Position numbers and translations under genes: made by a program. Shown in pieces: positions 50,804-60,404 of a stretch of DNA of 64,000 nucleotides. How positions within the stretch are numbered: the first letter of the stretch is position 1; every line of letters begins with the position of its first letter. Below the pieces are notes generated by a model that had not been told where the DNA came from, searched no databases, and saw only the letters and a program-made list of their open reading frames with translations. This DNA comes from Bugula neritina (Eukaryota > Animalia > Bryozoa). The stretch lies in assembly GCA_964035545.1 (NCBI GenBank), contig OZ037770.1, positions 13,010,642 through 13,074,641 of the forward strand, read 5' to 3'.

Positions 50804-53800
50804 CTGTAGGAAAAAGGGAGTGTTATATGACGTATAATATATATGATGTATAATATATATGATGTATAATATACAGTATATATGACGTATAATATATATG
50901 ATGTATAATAAACAGTATATATGACGTATAATATGTAGTAGAGTGTACTACAGTATATAATATGACGTATGATATATACAGTAGAGTGTAATGCAGTATA
51001 TAATATATAGTAGAACGCATTATAGTATATCATATACGGTAGAGTGCAATACAGTATAATATAATATGACGCATCACATATAGTAGAATGTATTACAGTA
51101 TATAATATTATATGGTAGAATGTATTATATTATATAGTATATACGGTAGAGTGCAATACAGTATATATAATATGATGCATCACATATAGTAGAATGTAAT
51201 GCAGTTCATATGATATGATTCTATTTAGCACTTAGTAACTATTCAAGGGAAGACAACTAATAATCTAGAAACTTACTACTGAGAAGTAGCAGTGGTGTTT
51301 CTATAATACTGAGGTCTGTACCACTGATTCTGGTTGTACATCATGCTATACCCGTCCCCGTACACCTGCAAGAACACAGGGCTATGTGTAGCAGATCATA
51401 AGGCTATAAATGAAGCATTGAACAAACATAATATTTTTTAAAGTAACATATGAAAACAGACCGTTTGAAAAAATTTCAATCCATTTGCTGCGTTAATGTT
51501 GAAGAAACAACAAGAGTGAGTTGTTAAAATTCATAACAAAAGTTGTCTTCTTTATGCTAATTATAAATCTGACAATTCTTTGACTCATGAGAGAATAACT
51601 CCAAATAAGACTAGTGAAAATACAAATATGTGATGGCTGCTGTCATTTTTGGTCTCTTGGGGGTCATCCAAGATTTTTACTTTTTAATGTGGATGAATAG
51701 AGTAGAACTTTGTGATCACATTGCATTTTAAATTTTTAAAATCAGTCAAATAGAACCAAAAATAGGCCAGGTTATACACACAACGGTCTACAACAAACAA
51801 CTTTTATTATTGCGAGTAATTAACAGTCAAAGTTCGGCGACTCCAAATTGTACTGAATTCGTTGTTTATCTACCTAGCAACAGTCTCTTCAATTAGCTCC
51901 ATCAGCCCAAAAGTTAGCTACCAGGGGTGGTTTTTTATGCTGATCATGAAAATATTAATTTAAAACTCATATCTGCAATATCTTAATCAATATTTCAGAG
52001 TTGAGTTCAGTATAATGAGAACATTTTGATGATTATCCTGAGAGATTAATACTATAATGCCATGTGGGTTCATAATAATATCAAACTCTTTTGTATCACT
52101 GTTGTCACTAAGTTCATCATTACTGTTATCACCACTACTCTTCAGTACTTGTCCTTAATTGTCAATGTAGAAACATTCTTTTAAATTGTCAATATCTGTT
52201 ATCTATTAACTTGCAGCCGCGATCCAGTCGCCATGTTTATTATTAGTAACAATTCTCAGTCAAATTTTACCTAACTACGTTGCGCTCTACACTACGCCGC
52301 TATTTCAACTATTGTTAAAGGTCGCGCTATTATGCTCTAATCACGTGAACAGCTTGCCAACCATGGAATGGCTCATTAAAACACCAATCATTCATAAACC
52401 ATAGCAAATATCACAAAACTGATTGGACAGCTGGAAAGAGCACATGTTAATTGACTATAACACACTAAAAGCTGAAATTGACCTATTTATGACAACTGTA
52501 GATAAAACCCCTTATAACTAACAATAGCGAATAATGCCAAGAGACCAAAACTGACAGGAGCCATCACATATGCAGAAATTAAAAACAACACAGAAAACTT
52601 GGATATACAGCAATGCAGTCAAGATATAATATTTATAACATGTGAGAAATACACTAAACTGCATAAGAGAACACTAAAATGATACACATGTGAAGTAATG
52701 CAAATACACACACTTTAAGTCACAGCTTCTCGCCAAAAGATATTTCAGCAGCACACAACTAGCGCAGCACACAACTAGCGCAGCACACAACTAGCACAGT
52801 TTACTTGGTATATAGGAGTACAGTACACTTGGTATATAAGAGTACAGTACACTTGGTATAGAAGAGTACAGTACACTTGGTATATAAGAGTACAGTACAC
52901 TTGGTATATAAGAGCTCAGTACACTTGGTATAGAAGAGTACAGTACACTTGGTATATAAGAGTACAGTTCACTTGGTATATAAGAGTACAGTACACTTGG
53001 TATATAAGAGCTCAGTACACTTGGTATAGAAGAGTACAGTACACTTGGTATATAAGAGTACAGTACACTTGGTATATAAGAGTACAGTACACTTGGTATA
53101 TAAGAGTACAGTACACTTGGTATATAAGAGCTCAGTACACTTGGTATATAAGAGTACAGTTCACTTGGTATATAAGAGTACACTTGGTATATAAGAGTAC
53201 AGTACACTTGGTATATAAGAGCCCAGTACACTTGGTATATAAGAGTACAGTACACTTGGTATATAAGAGCTCAGTACACTTGGTATATAAGAGTACAGTT
53301 CACTTGGTATATAAGAGTACAGTACACTTGGTATATAAGAGTACAGTACACTTGGTATATAAGAGCCCAGTACACTTGGTATATAAGAGCTCAGTACACT
53401 TGGTATATAAGAGTACAGTACACTTGGTATAGAAGAGTACAGTTTACTTGGTATAGAAGAGTACAGTACACTTGGTATATAAGAGTACACTTGGTATATA
53501 AGAGTACAGTACACTTGGTATATAAGAGCCCAGTACACTTGGTATATAAGAGTACAGTACACTTGGTATATAAGAGTACACTTGGTATATAAGAGTACAC
53601 TTGGTATATAAGAGTACACTTGGTATATAAGAGCTCAGTACACTTGGTATATAAGAGCACAGTACCTGCTGCTGCTGCTGTTGCTGCTGATACTGGTTGT
53701 AGTTGGTGCGGGGTTGTGCGGCTCGTATTTTGATTCGTCTCCCCATCAGCTCGGTATTGCTCAGCTCTACCATGGCTCTCTGCTGCTCCGTCTCGTCGGA

Positions 53801-55872
53801 GAATCTCACAAATGCGAAACCTGCACAGGAAACCACTTATTTGTATTAACAATACACTGAAATATTCACAGTTGCCGTTGTAAAGACCTGGTTAATTAAA
53901 TCTTCACATAACCTACTAGGGTCGGAATAAATACATATACTTTATTAGTATTTATAATATCTAGTGAAATGAAGGAATAAAAAAAGGCTTTCTATCAACT
54001 GGAACTTTCTAGAAACGATCCGAGAGCTTTACTAAATCTACTTTACATATAAAATGTGGCTCAGATAATAACTGCAACACTACAGAGGGAAAAAGTCTTA
54101 ATTTAATACATTATAACAATACATTATGATCATACATTAAAGTAAGATGTTACAGTGATACATTACAATAATAAGTGATGCAGGTTTTCGAGTATTTTTG
54201 TTTCAAAAGAATTGACCAACTTAATGTTTTTCTGAGCAAATTTTAAGCATCAGAAATATTACATCATCAGAATAACTGATATCAAGTGATGGCCGCCACT
54301 GCATAGTTTACATCAGCTCACCTCTGGAATATCCTGTCGTTTTGTCACACACAACCTTCGCTGCCGTTGTACTGGTAAAATGAGCAGAGAAGTGTTTGTA
54401 CAGCGTCAAGTCATCGACATTTGGGTCAAGGTCACCGACCCAGACCGACCACTCAGTAGATTTCTCTTGACTTGTGCCTGACCGGTCACCAACTGTGTTC
54501 AACTTGAACCTGGTAACACAACATACTGTCTAGAGGAAGAGAGATGGAGAGGAAGGGAGATGGAGAGGGAGAGAAAAAGAGCTGGAGTGACTGGGGATAC
54601 ACACTGTGTTTCCATGACGTGCTCACCATTATGTGAATGGATGTTCGTACAGATTAATTTGTGCTTGCGGTTTGCATCAACTTATGATTGTAGTTTCCCT
54701 CAATGTCATGAAAGTGTAATGATATGCCTTTTTACCTTCAACTCATATCGAATTAGTAGTAGAACAACTCCAGTTTTTTGTAAATAGAGTATTTAATAAT
54801 AAACAACCTTTATAAAAGCAAACCAACAGAAGTTTGTACGAAAATATCATATCATCGAATCTAAGTCTATGAGTTAACATTCAATACAAATTTGACTTTA
54901 AATAATAAAAAGATGAACTATAGAGACATTAAACCTTACAGGAAATAACATAATTTTCTAGAAAGAAGAAAGAGTTAAACCTAACTAAATCATAATCTGA
55001 GTTTGATATAACAAACATGTCACAGATATATATATAGGTAGATACCTTTTCATAGGGTTAGTGTTGGGTATGGGTTTACCCCCAAGAGTGTGTAGAACTT
55101 GCGAGGCGGTTGTCTGATCCCCAAACTCCACGAAACAGTAGCCCATGGGCAATCCTGTACAAACACAGATCGAACATAATTATGATTCTTAGGGCATAAA
55201 ATATCTTAGAGACTTCAGCTGCACTAAAAACTACTCCATCATATACTTGGAAAACACAAGTATTGATAATAGCACTTGTTTAAAGAGACTGAATTTTCTG
55301 ATAGAATAGAACAGCCTGTAAATCATTTGAGATATTGGGATTGTCTTCCCTCTAAAAACAATTAAATCCACATGCAGATAGTAGAATAGCTGAAATGTCA
55401 AAAGTGCTTGTAAAAGCACAGAAGATTCAGACTTTCACATCAAATGCCTTCAGCTTCTTGACAACATTTTTTCAGGTTTTACGATTTAATTTTTCTACTA
55501 ATTTACTAAATTTAATAAGTGAGTGAGTCAGACTTTAGATCTCTGTTAACTATCCAAATATTTTAGACAGTCTATAAAAATACATAAAAACAATCTATAT
55601 ACTCAAATTGAAAATATTTGGGTTATAGCCAATGTTAGTAAAAAGTTAGACATCTGTGAGCTACCAGTTAGTGAATTTTACTATTGAACTATCACTACCT
55701 GGTATTTACCTGTCATTTTATTGAGAGGGGCTTTAATGTCCCTAATTATATTATCAGTCCTCATAAGGGCCTCTCGAAAAGCATGGACAAGAAAGTTGTT
55801 GTCCATATACGGTTCCAAATCTCCCATCCACAGGGTTGCACTTCTGCGCGCATCTCTATTAGCTATGTCCAT
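50641..55872 (-). CDS. TRNAU1AP: tRNA selenocysteine 1-associated protein 1 (SECp43), two RRMs plus Tyr-rich/acidic C-terminus, ~288 aa
   Basis: Exons (minus) 55872-55710, 55154-55046, 54509-54322, 53820-53666, 51365-51277, 50803-50641; phases consistent (867 nt). ATLWMGDLEPYMD, GYCFVEF, GKPIPNTNPMKRFKLN, VWVGDLDPNVDD, SRGFAFVRFSDETEQQRAM, C-terminal EINRDFVSMSGEVYEALESSRW. Confidence 0.92.
50823..51215. repeat. Degenerate AT-rich tandem repeat in last TRNAU1AP intron
   Basis: Recurrent atatgacgtataata and agtagartgtaatacagtata units. Confidence 0.8.
51277..51365 (-). CDS. TRNAU1AP: TRNAU1AP Tyr-rich exon
   Basis: cttgcag|VYGDGYSMMYNQNQWYRPQYY...TA|gtaagt. Confidence 0.85.
51626..52571. mobile_element. 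Non-autonomous TIR DNA element (~945 bp) in TRNAU1AP intron
   Basis: 35-bp TIRs ATATGTGATGGCTSCTGTCAKTTTTGGTCTCTTGG (51626-51660) and reverse complement (52537-52571), 2 mismatches; no transposase ORF. Confidence 0.8.
52749..52794. repeat. 16-bp tandem repeat (CAGCACACAACTAGCG) x~3
   Basis: Direct reading. Confidence 0.85.
52795..53665. repeat. 24-bp minisatellite (AGTACAGTACACTTGGTATATAAG), ~36 copies with 19-bp variants
   Basis: Direct reading; begins exactly at the TRNAU1AP exon donor. Confidence 0.97.
53666..53820 (-). CDS. TRNAU1AP: TRNAU1AP RRM2 exon with poly-Q end
   Basis: GFAFVRFSDETEQQRAMVELSNTELMGRRIKIRAAQPR...QQQ|gtactg. Confidence 0.92.
54322..54509 (-). CDS. TRNAU1AP: TRNAU1AP RRM1 end/RRM2 start exon
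   Basis: FKLNTV...EWSVWVGDLDPNVDD...TGYSR G|gtgagc. Confidence 0.92.
55046..55154 (-). CDS. TRNAU1AP: TRNAU1AP RRM1 exon
   Basis: GLPMGYCFVEFGDQ...GGKPIPNTNPMKR. Confidence 0.92.
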
Positions 55873-55876
55873 TGTG
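55710..55876 (-). CDS. TRNAU1AP: TRNAU1AP RRM1 start exon
   Basis: Acceptor tttctgttccag|CACAATG; MDIANRDARRSATLWMGDLEPYMD...NKMT G|gtaaat. Confidence 0.9.
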
Positions 55877-56582
55877 CTGGAACAGAAACTACTACATCCC
55901 ACATCACATGTCAAAGTCGTATTGTGTCAGACTCATAAGTCAAGACAAATAATTGAAGTAAGCAACAGGTCATCATAGCATTCACTTAAAATTTATTTAG
56001 TTTAAAACATGAAGGTTGCCTCAAGAGCTACCCAGTAGTAACTTAGAATTAGAAAACAAAAGAATTATCCAATTTAATTCCCCTGATACAAAATAACTAC
56101 TAGACGCACTATCAAAGCAATGTTCAAAAGAATTATAGAAATATATGTATATTAATGCAATAATAATCAGAATATAAAAGTAAAATCATAAGTATGACCA
56201 AGAATAAGAGCAAAAGCTGATAGTAATAAAAACTTTTTGCTAAAATTAAAATACTTGTGCATGCATCTTAATAAAAAATGATAATACTATCATTATTATC
56301 AAGTATAACTATAAGACTAAGAGAAAGGCTGATAAAATCTGTATTTTAATTTTTAGCCTCAAGACTTCAAGAGACAGAGTCGTTTTCACGTTAACTTTTA
56401 GACTTACCTCCAGTTACCTCCAGATTACGATCATGCTAGACCACTAGGTAGCAGAAGCGGCATGCCTCATATGTTTATGGTTGGTCAGAAAGTAAAATGC
56501 ATACAATAGTCCATAAATTGGTTGCAGTGTGTGTTGCAATATTGTTTATTAGTACAGGTAAGTTAACCTGTCAATGTTTAGA

Positions 56583-59357
56583 TTATTCTGTGTGTAAATT
56601 AGTCTTGTAAGGATTGTTCCCTTTAAGGTCACGGATTGTTCGTGGCAAGAAGCTGTTATAATAGCAGTTATTATTGGTGCTGACTGATCTTGGCTGTCCT
56701 AGTGTTTGGGCCCTAGTTTGGATAAAACTTTCCGGGGTGTTTATTAGTTCTTCATACGCTGCAGAGAGTGCTGGGTGATATTCTTCCTTTTGGAGTATCC
56801 TCATAAGGAGTCTTAGCCGTTGAGTTCTTCTTCTTTCATCGAGGGCGGCCAGGTCCAGTCTTTCTTTTGCTTCTCGCACTCCTCTTCTACCCTTGATGTT
56901 AGCTATGGCTCTTACTGCCCGTGTTTGTACCTCTTCGATGGAATTTATTTCTTTTGTAGTATAGGGGTCCCAAACAGCAGAAGCATAGTCTAGGTGAGGA
57001 AGGCATAGGGATTTGTAAGCCATGAGTCTCACTTTTTCGGGTGCCCAGTGCAAAGCTCTTTTGATCATCCCCAGTTGTTTGTTTGCTAGCAATATTTTGC
57101 TCTGGATATGATTATCAAACTTCAGGTTGGCCTGTAGAGTCACTCCGAGGTATGTTGATTTGTCCACCTGTTCTAGAACTGTGCCATTTAACGTGTAGTG
57201 TGCTGGTATATCTTGCTCTTTGAATGCCATAATTTTGCTCTTTTTAACATTGAACTCCATACCCCACTTTGAAGCCCAACTTCCTGCTGCATCTATGTTC
57301 CTTTGAAACCTTAGTCTGTCTTGGTCATCTGAGACAGGCTGGTAGAGGAGGGTGTCATCTGCGAAGAGACCAACTTCACAATCAACACAGTCAGGGAGAT
57401 CATTTATGAACACGAGAAACAGTATGGGGCCGAGCACAGAGCCCTGAGGTACCCCAGACGTCACTGGCAGTGGTTCTGACTTTTTGCCATCGAGTACGAC
57501 CCTCTGAGATCGGTTTAGGAGGAAGTTGTGTACCCATCCGAGCAGATAGTTTTCCATTGGTGCAATTGTTCGTAGTTTCTCCATTAGAAGGGCATGGGGG
57601 ACCCGGTCAAATGCTTTTGTAAAATCTAGGACTGCTGCGTGAACAGCCTTATGTTTATCGACATAGTTCAGTATCTGATGGAGAGTGGCGCATAATTGGG
57701 TCTCGCAGGACAAGCCCTGGCGGAAGCCGTGTTGTCTTGTGCTCAGTACATTGTCAACGTTGGCAAGTATTTTACGTAGGATGAGATGTTCTGCCATTTT
57801 ACATGGGATGCTAGTGAGTGAGATGGGTCGATAGTTTTGAGCACAATCCTCTGCACCGCTTTTATGGATGGGGGTCACATACGCCTTTTTCCACTGGGTG
57901 GGGAGCTTCTGTTGATTCATAGAGGTTTTGTATATGATCGCAAGACAAGCGGATATTAGTGGGAGATCAACCATCAGATCTGCCTTCCTCAGGCCATCCG
58001 GACCTGGAGCTTTTCCAGGCTTGAGTTTCTGTATTAACTTGGCAATACCATTGCTGTCGATATCTGGTGGATTATCTATGTTTGTTGAGTTGGGACCAAG
58101 TGATGTCAGTTGGTGCCCACTGTTGAACTGGGAGTGGAAGAATTTGTTGAAGGTTTCCGCACAGTTTTCTGGATCTGCATTAAGGGTACCATCAGTCATT
58201 TTGAGTTTTATGCGATTTTTGTTATTTGAGTTTCCTTTGAGGTGCCGGTAAAAGGGCTTACTGTTGCCTTCTAGGAGTGGTTGGATGATTTTATTGTGAC
58301 CATATTCACTTTTTACCATCCTAAAGACTTTCTTAGCTGTTTTCCGGATTTCCTTGTATTTCGCATAACTGAATAAGTCCCGGTTTGTTTTGTAGTGATT
58401 ATAGCTTTTCCTCTCTTTACGTGATATCCGTCTACACTCTTTGTTAAACCAAACAGGTTCATTTTTAAGCTTAGACGACAGTACTTTTGTTGGGACATGG
58501 TCACATATGGCCTGTTGTAGACTAGATGAAAAATGATCCCACATTTCCTGTACATCTTCCAATTCATCTAGGTCATGTTTAGTTCTTTGCATATCTTCCC
58601 GGAATTTGTTGATATCTACTCTGTGGTAATCTTTGACAGTTTTGGAGGTTACTATATGGTGGTTTTTTGCTTTGTTCCATCGGATATTTGCTTTTATCAT
58701 GGCGTGATCACTTAGCCCTGGGAAGATTACGTCTTGGGATGTTAAGTCTTGGGGGGAGTTGGTGCAAAGTAAGTCGAGCGTGTTGCCATGAATGTGGGTT
58801 GGTGAGGTTATTAGTTGACTTGGGTTATAGAAGTTCAACATACATAGGAATGAGTTATGAAGGACCTTATCCTGGGCCTTCAGTTTGGGTTGATACGTGT
58901 GCCAATTAATGTGAGGGAGATTGAAATCCCCGGCTAAGATGATGTGGTCATTGGGGAACTGTTGAGTTAATAATTCTAGGTTGCTACACAATATGGATAC
59001 ATATCTATCATGTGGGGGTCTGTAGTAACATCCGACAATTAAGCTCTCCTCTATTCTTACAAATATGATCTCGGCACTAGTTTTATCTTCTATGTTAATT
59101 TGGGTAGAGCGCAAGTTGTCATTAATGGCAATTAAGACCCCACCCCCATTTACATTACGATCCTTTCTGTAGATCCTTTTGTTGTTATAATCAAAGATGG
59201 TGTGACTTGGTATCATCTGATTTATGTGTGTCTCAGTCAGGCAGATTATGTCGGAATTACATGTTTGTGATGATATTTCAATAGTTTTGCCTTTGAGAGA
59301 TCTCACATTGGCAAGAAATAATTTTAAACACTGGTCTGTTTGGTCATGTATCGCCAT
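56583..59357 (-). CDS. LINE ORF2: apurinic endonuclease + reverse transcriptase (924 aa)
   Basis: APE motifs NVRSL, LTETH, GDFNLP, TLDL, SDH; RT motifs KAPGPDG, NYRPISLTS, QHGFR, DFTKAFD, GVPQGSVLGP, FADD, YLGV; C-terminal SFLPRTIRD. Confidence 0.97.
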   Translation of the reverse strand: MAIHDQTDQCLKLFLANVRSLKGKTIEISSQTCNSDIICLTETHINQMIPSHTIFDYNNKRIYRKDRNVNGGGVLIAINDNLRSTQINIEDKTSAEIIFVRIEESLIVGCYYRPPHDRYVSILCSNLELLTQQFPNDHIILAGDFNLPHINWHTYQPKLKAQDKVLHNSFLCMLNFYNPSQLITSPTHIHGNTLDLLCTNSPQDLTSQDVIFPGLSDHAMIKANIRWNKAKNHHIVTSKTVKDYHRVDINKFREDMQRTKHDLDELEDVQEMWDHFSSSLQQAICDHVPTKVLSSKLKNEPVWFNKECRRISRKERKSYNHYKTNRDLFSYAKYKEIRKTAKKVFRMVKSEYGHNKIIQPLLEGNSKPFYRHLKGNSNNKNRIKLKMTDGTLNADPENCAETFNKFFHSQFNSGHQLTSLGPNSTNIDNPPDIDSNGIAKLIQKLKPGKAPGPDGLRKADLMVDLPLISACLAIIYKTSMNQQKLPTQWKKAYVTPIHKSGAEDCAQNYRPISLTSIPCKMAEHLILRKILANVDNVLSTRQHGFRQGLSCETQLCATLHQILNYVDKHKAVHAAVLDFTKAFDRVPHALLMEKLRTIAPMENYLLGWVHNFLLNRSQRVVLDGKKSEPLPVTSGVPQGSVLGPILFLVFINDLPDCVDCEVGLFADDTLLYQPVSDDQDRLRFQRNIDAAGSWASKWGMEFNVKKSKIMAFKEQDIPAHYTLNGTVLEQVDKSTYLGVTLQANLKFDNHIQSKILLANKQLGMIKRALHWAPEKVRLMAYKSLCLPHLDYASAVWDPYTTKEINSIEEVQTRAVRAIANIKGRRGVREAKERLDLAALDERRRTQRLRLLMRILQKEEYHPALSAAYEELINTPESFIQTRAQTLGQPRSVSTNNNCYYNSFLPRTIRDLKGNNPYKTNLHTE

Positions 59358-59620
59358 TCCCCCGAAGGAGATTTTGTCTGTATTCTCATATTTCTTATCC
59401 GATAGTCAGTTTCTTGGTCAGTGTCACTGTTTTCCCCTTTCATTCGCTTTATCTCTTGCCGAAGGGCATACTGCTGGTCACGAATCTCTTTGCATTCATC
59501 AAGTTTGCAGTAGATCTTGCGTCCACGTAGTGTAGCATTTGTTCTTTTTAGGAATTCCCACTTTGAATATTCGTCTGGAAATTCTATTTTAATCGGCCTT
59601 GGTTTGTTTTTGTTTTTAAT
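59324..59620 (-). pseudogene. LINE ORF1 C-terminal fragment (5'-truncated, no start codon)
   Basis: Open frame KNKPRPIKIEFPDEYSKWEFLKRTNATLRGRKIYCKLDECKEIRDQQYALRQEIKRMKGEN...YRIRN...TSV*, resembling the PRPIxVxF..K..L...IYxxxD...R..LR.ELK.R pattern of CR1/L2 ORF1 proteins; overlaps the ORF2 ATG. Confidence 0.75.
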
Positions 59621-60050
59621 AACTCTAAGTCTAACTATAAGTAATTACATATATTATATAAATATTCATATTGTAGGGTTATCAATTTCAAATTAAAATC
59701 AATCATTCAATGACAATAGTCATACTGATACTCATAGAGTTAGACATACTCATAGTGATAGTCAAAACATGAAAAACTTGTCTTATTTTACTTATAGTTA
59801 TAGCAAGCTCAACTCTTAATGTTATTAATTATTTAATAATACCTATACAGTATACTGATAATTATAGTAATTACTCATTACTGATTAGTGATACTGATAA
59901 CATTTATTTTTTGTAAATAACTTACTGACAGTGATACTAAGGGTGATATTGAATCTCCTAAGTGCTACAGGGCTGTCTTTACTGGTGTTTTAGATTTAGG
60001 TCTCGCATATCAAAGAGTATTAGTTTGAGAGCATAGCGTGAAAAACGTAC

Positions 60051-60085
60051 AAGTTGCTCAGATACGGGTGTACATAGAAGCCCAT
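60051..60085 (-). CDS. TRNAU1AP: Probable TRNAU1AP first exon (MGFYVHPYLSNF)
   Basis: ATG...AAC TT|gtacgt joins in frame to C ACA ATG at the 55876 acceptor; no homology support. Confidence 0.45.
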
Positions 60086-60326
60086 CTAACAAAAGTTTCT
60101 GCCACATATTGTGAAACAGCCTTAGATAACTCATCAATTACCAATAAAATATGCATTTTATTGGATTAGATGTAAAATAGATAAAGGATTTTGTTTTGTT
60201 GTGTGATATGACTTTGCTATTTAAAGTCTTTTCGCCAAACCAACCCCAGTCAAATCTAAATTGATAGATCTACAACCAGCTTGTTCTATTTCACCTTCAC
60301 CTTGACTTTTTAGTTTTTTCACACAA
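60086..60326. promoter_or_regulatory. Candidate bidirectional promoter (TRNAU1AP / stefin)
   Basis: ~240 bp between two divergent candidate first exons; CCAAT at 60141 and ATTGG at 60160. Confidence 0.4.
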
Positions 60327-60404
60327 ATGCCAATGGCGAGGAAATCTAGTGCTCTCCAATCAGCTGCTGTTATTGTATTTTTAAGTCTCAGCCTGTGTCT
60401 CCGA
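60327..60404 (+). CDS. Candidate first exon of the stefin gene (signal-peptide-like)
   Basis: MPMARKSSALQSAAVIVFLSLSLCLR followed by strong donor CGA|gtgagt; linkage to the stefin exon needs intervening exon(s). Confidence 0.3.

Larger units (their letters stand above)
56402..59620 (-). mobile_element. 5'-truncated non-LTR retrotransposon (CR1/L2 group LINE)
   Basis: ORF1 C-terminal remnant, intact APE-RT ORF2, ~180-nt 3'UTR ending in tandem CTGGAGGTAA x2; GC content higher than flanks; no clear TSD. Confidence 0.9.

Noticed and set aside
52791-53619. Repetitive ORFs and CRISPR-like appearance
   Set aside because: Head-to-tail 24-bp minisatellite with no unique spacers, in a eukaryotic intron; no cas genes.
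56402-56582. LINE as the mobilising partner of the SINE
   Set aside because: LINE 3' tail (CTGGAGGTAA repeats) shares no visible similarity with the SINE tail, and TSD behaviour differs.
57928-59535. Plus-strand and alternate-frame ORFs inside the LINE
   Set aside because: Shadow ORFs of ORF2/ORF1 with no recognisable motifs.
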